Shown: piece after piece, positions 56,771 to 64,000 of the stretch
How positions within the stretch are numbered: position 1 is the first letter of the stretch
How the letters are laid out: each line of letters opens with the position of its first letter
IMG/VR virus record: IMGVR_UViG_2706796291_000001
Coordinates: 32,001-96,000 of that record
DNA from: a virus
Lineage: Duplodnaviria > Caudoviricetes
Length of the DNA stretch: 64,000 nucleotides
Reading direction: 5' to 3' (one strand)
Notes under the pieces: model-generated
The model's input: only the letters and a program-made list of their open reading frames with translations
What the model was told of the DNA's origin: nothing
Database searches by the model: none
Translations under genes and position numbers: made by a program

Positions 56771-56823
56771 AAATAACTCCTTAACTCAAAAAATGGTGAG
56801 TATTTCACCCACCATGTTAAATC

Positions 56824-57231
56824 TTATTCTTTAATTCTATCTGCAATCTCTGATGCTGTAACATTTGCTTGAATAGATGGGGCTTCAAATGTTACTGTTT
56901 CTGTCATACCTTTTTTAAAGTTTGCAACAGACGCTTCAATCAACATATTTAATTCAGCATCTGTAATTTTGATTCCTTTCTCAGACATGATTTCAAGAGC
57001 TTTATTCTTAGCTTCATTATATTTAGTTTCACCATCAGCTTCTTTAAATACTTGTTGAACATACTTAACAGAAAGGTCTACAATTGTTTTGTTCGCATCC
57101 AATTTAGCTTTGATTGCATATTTATCTGAAACTCGTTGTACTTGAGTTCCTGCAATTTTTGCAACATATCCAATAATAGCTACCAATAAAGCTAAGAGTG
57201 CTGGTGTAATTGCTTGTAATAATTCATTCAT
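56824..57231 (-). CDS. LL-H-family holin
   Basis: Single TM, V.YVQQ, G..K...A, LIEASV. Confidence 0.75.
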   Translation of the reverse strand: MNELLQAITPALLALLVAIIGYVAKIAGTQVQRVSDKYAIKAKLDANKTIVDLSVKYVQQVFKEADGETKYNEAKNKALEIMSEKGIKITDAELNMLIEASVANFKKGMTETVTFEAPSIQANVTASEIADRIKE

Positions 57232-57245
57232 TATTTATTTTCTCC

Positions 57246-57404
57246 TTATTTTAAAATAACATTACCGTTTTCGTCACGATTTTCATCAAGTTCTTTTATT
57301 CTAGCTTCTACTTGGTCTTTTAGGAAAGCTGGGACACGTCCCCTTGTTATTTTTCCTTCAAGAATATTAAGAGCGTATAACGTAGTAATTGCTTCATAAG
57401 CCAT
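57246..57404 (-). CDS. 52-aa CD1375-like small protein (not in ORF track)
   Basis: LYALNILEGKITRGRVPAFLKDQV; AAGGAG RBS. Confidence 0.65.
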   Translation of the reverse strand: MAYEAITTLYALNILEGKITRGRVPAFLKDQVEARIKELDENRDENGNVILK

Positions 57405-57409
57405 ATGAT

Positions 57410-57700
57410 TTATTCTCCTTTCGCATTAATTAAATCCATTAAATCAAACACAGATTGGTCATTGACTTCAACACGATTTTGAAGTGTACTAATGTCCGCT
57501 TTTTGTTTTTCAATAATACTGTCTTTGTCTTCTTCCCAGAGACCACGTTCATAATTATAGTGTGGGAATAAAATATTTTCGCTAGGCGGTGTACGGACAA
57601 GACCATCTCCTAGAGGAAGTTGGTCATCCACTTGATATGTCTTGTAGAATTTTCCATCTACTTTTTCATTTAACGGTTGATAAATTGTGATTGTTGCCAT
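57410..57700 (-). CDS. Tail-fibre chaperone-like protein
   Basis: Follows fibre gene; PP....P.Y.....W.E then coiled coil. Confidence 0.55.
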   Translation of the reverse strand: MATITIYQPLNEKVDGKFYKTYQVDDQLPLGDGLVRTPPSENILFPHYNYERGLWEEDKDSIIEKQKADISTLQNRVEVNDQSVFDLMDLINAKGE

Positions 57701-57716
57701 TGTTTCCTCTTTTCTT

Positions 57717-59549
57717 TTATGCGATTCTTCTCCATCGATATACAGAAATTGATGGTTGCCAGTTGTTGTGATTTGTATTATCTCCCCTTGTTTTCGCAAC
57801 TGCACCAGTTTCAGTATTAGGGATAGAGTCAGAAGTACTAGAAATTTCTGATAAATCTCCTACTCTCCAATATTCATTGCTACCAAACTTAAGACCATAT
57901 TTAGTACCACTTTGGATGTTTGAAGCTCCATTTAATATCATTTTTAGCTGATGGCTGTGTGATGTCAAGGGGTTAACTGAACCCACCGACCTGTTTCCAC
58001 TGTTGATTGAACCATCGTTTTCATCAACACCGACTGTTACACGACCATTACCAAATCGTTCCCAAGTTCCACCCATGATATTGGAAGGATTTTCACTATT
58101 GGTACTTTCAAATACTGCTCCAACTGGATAGAATATGTCAATTAGTAATTTACCATTTATTGACATCCCACCAGCAATTTGAAAGGGAGCGCCCCCCTCT
58201 TCAAACACCTTTCCGACTGACGCACCAGTTGTTCCCCAAGACATAGGTACTTGCGCCACAGGAATTACAGCTGTAGATACAGTTGACATAAATTCATCAT
58301 ACATTGTAATTCTAATATTATATACTTTATCTATGTTTATAGCATCTTTAACTATTTTTCCTGACCAACTTTCCTGAGTGGCACTGCTATTTTGCTCTAA
58401 TAAAACCCAGCTGTTATTTATCAGTTGATATTCTATTTTATATCCCATAGTATTATCGACACCAATTGCTTTTGAAGTTCCTGACCATGTGATATCCACA
58501 ATCTCTTGAGCATCTTTTCTTCTTAGAACTGATATCGTAGTTGTTGGGTTTCTATAAGGTGCTAGATTAATAGTCTTAGATGATGTAGCTTTATATCCAC
58601 GGCTATCAGTCACAGTGACTACAACATTTAAGTTTCCAGATTCTGCAACAAACCCTGAAACTATAGAGCTTCCTGTATATGTCGCATTACCAACTTTAGT
58701 TTCAATCTTTGAAATAGTGCTGTACATTTTAGAACTAGCATTTGTAGCAACTTTTAATTTTGACTTAGATTGAACATAGACAGCACCCACCGCTGTAGTT
58801 ACTTCTGGGTTTCCTTCAGATATTGTAAATCCATTAATAACTGGTTGAAACCTACTGTCATTAACTGTATTTATTGTTAGCTTTGCGCTGGAAGAACCTA
58901 TCTTTGTTCCACCACTATAGGTGTCACAGACTATTGTCCCCCAGCCAGAAGTTCCGTTCGGAATGTACCTCGACAAATCTATGCTTGGTGTAAAATCATA
59001 ATCAACATAATTAATTTTGCTTGCAAAAGTATTATTACTGCTTGAAAACTTAAATGTTAATGTATGTGTAAAACTACCACTAGCCCTATTAATATGTATT
59101 CTTGTTTTTTCTCCAAAATTAATTGTTGCTGGGGAAACAGATACTGAACTTGTTCTGGGGATAGTATTTAATGTACCAAATCCCTCCCAGACTGTAGTAC
59201 CATAGTAAACTCCTGCAAAAGTAACATTCACATTATAACTACATGTTACTTTAAAATCTTTTGTTCCGTCTGCATTGTGACCTACGACCCAGTTGGCGGC
59301 AAAGAGAAGTTTCTTTTGATAAGCAGACAAATCAGATGTTGCTGTGAAATTTTTTCTCTCTCCATTTAGCGTTACATACCCTTGATTGACCGCAGGGGCA
59401 TACATAGCCCCATATTGGTCTACAGATTGTAAAAATACTTTACATGTAACTGTACTGTTATTACTTGGAATACTTTGAAATGCTATATTCCATTCATAAA
59501 TTAGTCGATGTCTTGCAAAGGCATGTGTACCTGAGCCACTTGAAGCCAT
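57717..59549 (-). CDS. DUF859-like minor tail / receptor-binding protein
   Basis: TIPRTS, I.RAS..FTHTL, YPVG..F......NP....GGTW...GRV.VG, VYRWRRIA. Confidence 0.75.
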   Translation of the reverse strand: MASSGSGTHAFARHRLIYEWNIAFQSIPSNNSTVTCKVFLQSVDQYGAMYAPAVNQGYVTLNGERKNFTATSDLSAYQKKLLFAANWVVGHNADGTKDFKVTCSYNVNVTFAGVYYGTTVWEGFGTLNTIPRTSSVSVSPATINFGEKTRIHINRASGSFTHTLTFKFSSSNNTFASKINYVDYDFTPSIDLSRYIPNGTSGWGTIVCDTYSGGTKIGSSSAKLTINTVNDSRFQPVINGFTISEGNPEVTTAVGAVYVQSKSKLKVATNASSKMYSTISKIETKVGNATYTGSSIVSGFVAESGNLNVVVTVTDSRGYKATSSKTINLAPYRNPTTTISVLRRKDAQEIVDITWSGTSKAIGVDNTMGYKIEYQLINNSWVLLEQNSSATQESWSGKIVKDAINIDKVYNIRITMYDEFMSTVSTAVIPVAQVPMSWGTTGASVGKVFEEGGAPFQIAGGMSINGKLLIDIFYPVGAVFESTNSENPSNIMGGTWERFGNGRVTVGVDENDGSINSGNRSVGSVNPLTSHSHQLKMILNGASNIQSGTKYGLKFGSNEYWRVGDLSEISSTSDSIPNTETGAVAKTRGDNTNHNNWQPSISVYRWRRIA

Positions 59550-62074
59550 TAAGTAATTCCTCCTACATATCTTATAATTGTTACTGGCGATTCATCTGAG
59601 AACTTAGTAATTAAATGATTACCAATCGTTGCTGATTCAAGGAAGACCCCTTTTTGGATATTAAGAACTTCCCCTGTAATAAACGCCACATCAACGTTGT
59701 TATCCCAGAATACAATTTTATCACTTGTTACTTGAATTGCCATTTTTGATTGTGCGTTGGAAATGAACATTCCCTCTTCACTAAATGTAAATGATTCGTC
59801 AATGAAATTCCATTTGACTTTCATTTCTCCATAGAACCCCTCAACAATGGTTGTTCTATCATCTACATTGTTTATATCTTCTTGGTTTTGAGCTGAAACA
59901 TCTTGAAGATTGTTAATTGTAGTTTGATAATCGTGTTCTAACCAAGAGGTGTAATCTTCATTAGAGACTGCATTTTGAGCCTGAACTAAAGCATCGTTAG
60001 CTGTATCAGCAACCGATGCTAAATCATCGAGTCCTGCTTTATTTGATAGTCCACTATCAGAACTAGCTTGAACATATCTTGGATTTAATTGCCATCTGTA
60101 ATCTGTTGGATTTTGAGAGTCTTTCTCTCCAACACCAACATACATAGGTATTGCATCTTGCCATTGTTCTTGTGCTTCGCTTTGACTTGGCATCCAAGGA
60201 GTTGCAATTGAACCAAATTCTTGTTTTGGTTTTCTAACTCTAACTGTGAAACTACCTTCACTTGGACCAGTAAACTTAGTCATGAACAATGCTTCTGTAT
60301 TGACAGCAGGGTCTACATAAGGAGGTATCGTTGAAGTTTTTGTTATTCTTATCCATTGGTTCAGCATTTGACTAGGGTCTCTGGGTAAATCAATAGCACA
60401 TATTTGCTTATAAGAGCTTATTCCTCCACCAGCACTGTATCGTTGACCAATCCAGAACTCAGTAATAGTCGTTCCAGCTGGAAGATTCCAACTTGTAAAC
60501 ATAACATCCATACTCATTGTGTAATTATCGTTAGGTTTATAATCCCTAGGTTGAATAGAGAAACCATCCCATAGATTTTTACTAACCCAGGTATTAGTTC
60601 CCTTTATTGTTACTTCTCCATAGTCGTTTTCTACTTTGTCAAAGTTTTTAAATAATCCATCTTTAGTCTTAGCTGAACTTCCTTGCAGTAAATTCAAATT
60701 CGGATAAACAGTACTAAATCTATCAGTTCCATCAGAACTCCAAGCGTAAGCGGTATACGCATTTGAGTTCTGTCCTTTAAAGATTGTCCATTGATATTTA
60801 TTATAGTCTAAACTTGATTCAACATTACTATCTGAATATGTTCCTATATAACTTGGATAATCACTAGTTTTTACTTCACTTTTACTTGGCATCCAAGGAG
60901 TGGCAATTGAACCCTCTTCTACTTTAGGAAGACATATATCAACGCTATTTCCTGTATATAGTCTAAAAAGAAAATTTTCATTGGCAGTTATGCTACTTTT
61001 AGTGATAAATGTATATGTATGTCTCACCCATTCACTAGTTAGACTCCAATCATAATTACCATCAGAAGCAGGTCTTATTACTTTGCCATCAGCTAATCCA
61101 TTGTAAGTTGAAGTATCAATTAGAGAAGGATAAACATGAGTTCTAATAGTTCCATTTCCTCTTAAATAAAAACTAAAAGTATAAGTTGTTGATGGTTTAA
61201 AATATTCTTTGTCGAATCCCCAAGAAATTGTGTCAGTCCAACTGTTTGCAGTTGGATTATTGTATGAAATGCTGACATATGGTTCATTATTCACTCCCCC
61301 ATTTTTTATTACCATACTAAGATACTGTTGTATTTTTGGGGTGTAATTCTTAAAAGTGCTATCAGTCAACAGATTCAAATTTGGATAAACAGTCGTGAAG
61401 CCGTCCGTACCATCGGAAGACCATGAATATGCTGTATGAGTATATGAAGCATTTCCTCTGATAAGACCCCAATTGTATTTTGTTATATCTGTACTTGCAG
61501 ATGCCAAGGCATCTGTATAATTACCAAGATAATGATGGTTATTTGGAACAAAAGAAAAATTTACAAATGGATAAGAATTATAAAATGAAGCTTCATATAT
61601 ATTGAAAGCTAAATCTTTATCCTCAGAGTCACTCTGGAAGGTTATCTGAATAAAATCATAATTATTTCTAGCTATGCCAGACTTCATGAAAAAATAATCT
61701 TCCCCAGGCTTTATTAATACTGTTGGAAAAGTATTATTTAGTACCGTACCATCACCTATGCCATTAAAGACAAGTCTTAGGTTATTTGTTGGATGTGTAT
61801 TTTTTAACCTAACAATTGACCACAAAGCCTTTCCAGATGTACCATTTATTGAAACAAATGTTTTCATAACATGAGTTCCACCAGTAGTAGTTATCTTATA
61901 AGCACCATCTTCAGGAACTGATGAAACCAATGCCTCTTGATAACCAGATAAATTAGCAAAACTAGGTAGTGAATCGTAGAAAATATCTTTTGATTTATTT
62001 GCATAGGCTACATGAGTTATTGTCCCATCGTTAACGTTACTTAATGTGAGGCTATTGCTTGCTACTATCGTCAT
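59549..62074 (-). CDS. Tail host-specificity protein with carbohydrate-binding modules
   Basis: Repeated AY.WSSDGTD.F.TVYPNLNLL...GSIATPWMPS modules. Confidence 0.75.
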   Translation of the reverse strand: MTIVASNSLTLSNVNDGTITHVAYANKSKDIFYDSLPSFANLSGYQEALVSSVPEDGAYKITTTGGTHVMKTFVSINGTSGKALWSIVRLKNTHPTNNLRLVFNGIGDGTVLNNTFPTVLIKPGEDYFFMKSGIARNNYDFIQITFQSDSEDKDLAFNIYEASFYNSYPFVNFSFVPNNHHYLGNYTDALASASTDITKYNWGLIRGNASYTHTAYSWSSDGTDGFTTVYPNLNLLTDSTFKNYTPKIQQYLSMVIKNGGVNNEPYVSISYNNPTANSWTDTISWGFDKEYFKPSTTYTFSFYLRGNGTIRTHVYPSLIDTSTYNGLADGKVIRPASDGNYDWSLTSEWVRHTYTFITKSSITANENFLFRLYTGNSVDICLPKVEEGSIATPWMPSKSEVKTSDYPSYIGTYSDSNVESSLDYNKYQWTIFKGQNSNAYTAYAWSSDGTDRFSTVYPNLNLLQGSSAKTKDGLFKNFDKVENDYGEVTIKGTNTWVSKNLWDGFSIQPRDYKPNDNYTMSMDVMFTSWNLPAGTTITEFWIGQRYSAGGGISSYKQICAIDLPRDPSQMLNQWIRITKTSTIPPYVDPAVNTEALFMTKFTGPSEGSFTVRVRKPKQEFGSIATPWMPSQSEAQEQWQDAIPMYVGVGEKDSQNPTDYRWQLNPRYVQASSDSGLSNKAGLDDLASVADTANDALVQAQNAVSNEDYTSWLEHDYQTTINNLQDVSAQNQEDINNVDDRTTIVEGFYGEMKVKWNFIDESFTFSEEGMFISNAQSKMAIQVTSDKIVFWDNNVDVAFITGEVLNIQKGVFLESATIGNHLITKFSDESPVTIIRYVGGIT
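60830..60903. repeat. 74-bp direct repeat, copy 1 (copy 2 at 63707-63780)
   Basis: Identical atctgaatatg...aaggagtgg; similarity continues about 23 bp further. Confidence 0.9.
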
Positions 62075-62225
62075 CAGTTACCTCCGCCCAAATTTCAATA
62101 ATTGGAGTGGAGATACCATAAGTCCGCCAGATTTGTTCAATCACATCACTTGCGCTTGTTGCTTGAAAGCTAACTTGTGTGATTTCTCCCCCAAGTTCGA
62201 TATTGGCATAAAATGTACTTTTCAT
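62052..62225 (-). CDS. Small tail-region protein
   Basis: Coupled to both neighbours; GAGG RBS. Confidence 0.65.
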   Translation of the reverse strand: MKSTFYANIELGGEITQVSFQATSASDVIEQIWRTYGISTPIIEIWAEVTDDDSSKQ

Positions 62226-63346
62226 TATTGATTCACCTCGCATGTATATTGAGCTTTGACGTCAATGTCAGTCGCTACAACACTAATTGTTTTACCAGTT
62301 TTATATTGAATACCTGTACCACCAAAATTAACATCTAATACACCATTTTGGTTACGTTTAGACCATTTATAAGTATAGGTTGTTCCTGCTGTATCAATTT
62401 CAGAACCAGATTGAAATACTCGGCAAGTAAGTGTTGTTGTACCAGAACCGTTTTTAAAAATACTACCTGCTGTACTATCAATCGTACAAGTTAATGGGTC
62501 TGTGTAATCAAGAAGAGTAACGATACCACTAACTGCTGTACCTGCTGTACCACCTGCTTGGTCAATGATTACTGCCTTGAAAGTTTGAGCATTTGTAATT
62601 GCCGTTGGTAGAACTGTTAGTATCCCTTGAGAAGTTGTATTTGTACCAGCAGTTACATTTGGTGTTTGACCAGTTGTAGATGAAGTACATAAATGCCAAC
62701 CTAATCCAAGGTTTGAGTTATAACCAGCTGAACCAGTTGTAGTTACAGTACTATCTGAATAACCAAAGAATATTTGTTTGTTTCCACTTGATAGAGTTCC
62801 ACCTTTATACAAGTCAGCGTTAATTGTTAAACTTGCAGGCATAGAGTTATAGAATGCTCCACCATTGCCAGCATAAACATTCGCAAGAACAGCTGATTTA
62901 GCAAGTTGTACAACAATCAAATCTAAAGTTGCTGAAAATGGAACATTTAAACCTGTATTAGGGTCAATCCACAATCCAGACGCAGTGAATCGTGATGCTG
63001 AGTTAGTAATTGGGACATTGATTTTCGTTGTCAATACACTATTTGCGCTTCCACTCATATATTGAGTTTCGGTAGTGGTAGTTGAAGTGACAGTTGTAGT
63101 TGTCGTTCCATCAGTACGTGTCCAAGTAATATTTCCTGAAATTCCACCAACAACAGAAGTTGTACTTCCTGCTTTAGTAAGGTTGAGCGTTAAAACTTGT
63201 GGAGTGGTCGCATAACTTGGTGACCATGTTTGAGCTGTTGCATCATAAGTTTGAGTAGTTACCCCACTTGCTATGATGAAAGCGTTGAGTTGCATACCAT
63301 CTGATAAATCTGTGATTGTGATTTGTCCACTTGAGACAATTGACAT
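62225..63346 (-). CDS. Thr/Gly-rich Ig-like structural tail protein
   Basis: SGQITITDLSDG N-terminus, FKNG.G.T.LT Ig-like C-terminus. Confidence 0.7.
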   Translation of the reverse strand: MSIVSSGQITITDLSDGMQLNAFIIASGVTTQTYDATAQTWSPSYATTPQVLTLNLTKAGSTTSVVGGISGNITWTRTDGTTTTTVTSTTTTETQYMSGSANSVLTTKINVPITNSASRFTASGLWIDPNTGLNVPFSATLDLIVVQLAKSAVLANVYAGNGGAFYNSMPASLTINADLYKGGTLSSGNKQIFFGYSDSTVTTTGSAGYNSNLGLGWHLCTSSTTGQTPNVTAGTNTTSQGILTVLPTAITNAQTFKAVIIDQAGGTAGTAVSGIVTLLDYTDPLTCTIDSTAGSIFKNGSGTTTLTCRVFQSGSEIDTAGTTYTYKWSKRNQNGVLDVNFGGTGIQYKTGKTISVVATDIDVKAQYTCEVNQ

Positions 63347-63361
63347 ATTTAGTTCCTCCTA

Positions 63362-64000
63362 TTAATTAAGTGGTTCGGCAGTACAGTTAAATGTAGCTTT
63401 TTGCCAAATATCACTATTTGTGATTGTGATTGATTTCTGACTTGTTTGGTGAGCAAGATTCCAAGCGGTATCTACTTTTCCGTCAGAGTTAACTTTAGAC
63501 CATACATACGCATATTTAGTGCCATCTTTATCAATCTCTTCATTATCTTGATAAAGTTTTGCCGTAAAAGTCGTATTGATGATATTGTTTTTAAATTGAT
63601 AGCCATTAGAAGATTCAATTATTAGATTTATAGGGCTTACGCCATCATTCCCTCGTATCAGACTCCAAGTGTAGTCCGATGATTTTGTGCTATCTGATAT
63701 TTTATCATCTGAATATGTTCCTATATAACTTGGATAATCACTAGTTTTTACTTCACTTTTACTTGGCATCCAAGGAGTGGAGGTTGAACCTTCTTCTACT
63801 TTATGACCAGCAACTGATAATCCATCTTTGATAACCATTTCATTCGATTTAAAGCGGAAATACATTAAAACCGTTTGACCAGTAGTGAAAGTGCCTGTAT
63901 AAGACTGAGTTACAAATTTTCCGCTTGTATCTGGTATATCTTTTATTATTGCAGGCTTACCAGTAGTTTCGATAACAAATTGACCGATAGAACCAGTTTT
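63362..64000 (-). CDS. Host-specificity/tail protein, C-terminal part (starts beyond window)
   Basis: Frame open to 64000; same TPWMPSKSEVKTSDYPSYIG module. Confidence 0.75.
   Translation of the reverse strand, partial: KTGSIGQFVIETTGKPAIIKDIPDTSGKFVTQSYTGTFTTGQTVLMYFRFKSNEMVIKDGLSVAGHKVEEGSTSTPWMPSKSEVKTSDYPSYIGTYSDDKISDSTKSSDYTWSLIRGNDGVSPINLIIESSNGYQFKNNIINTTFTAKLYQDNEEIDKDGTKYAYVWSKVNSDGKVDTAWNLAHQTSQKSITITNSDIWQKATFNCTAEPLN

Noticed and set aside
60830-63780. Diversity-generating retroelement TR/VR pair
   Set aside because: The core repeat is identical rather than A-specifically mutated, and there is no reverse transcriptase in the window.

Overview
A 64 kb, AT-rich segment of a large lytic Firmicutes siphovirus. 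Gene content, lactococcal-phage-type tail modules and the nrdHIEF set point to a Lactococcus 949-group-like phage (my inference; no search was run). Positions 1-56074 are transcribed on + from about 24 near-consensus sigma-A promoters. They encode replication functions (SSB, Sak4-like ATPase, DnaB, primase, RecJ, type II topoisomerase, Dam, DnaE) and nucleotide metabolism (nrdDG, nrdHIE, nrdF split by two group I introns, trxB, gmk, dut, Ndt, PnuC). They also carry RtcB, five homing-type endonucleases, an S8 protease and many small ORFs. Positions 56090-64000 are the converging end of the late operon on - (tail/host-specificity proteins, holin, RuvC). The most unusual part is non-coding (14.5-14.8 kb and 18.8-22.9 kb). 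It holds three of the four tRNAs, a tmRNA and five tRNA mimics that alternate with structured RNAs I cannot name. These include a motif present in two diverged copies with a conserved AAGUUCCGUUCAAUG loop, a ~460 nt multi-pseudoknot RNA, and a ~370 nt RNA with eleven 7-nt repeats directly behind a DIP1984-like coiled-coil gene (candidate new ribonucleoprotein). nrdF intron 2 appears to end in A instead of the canonical omega-G. All RNA structures were paired by eye.
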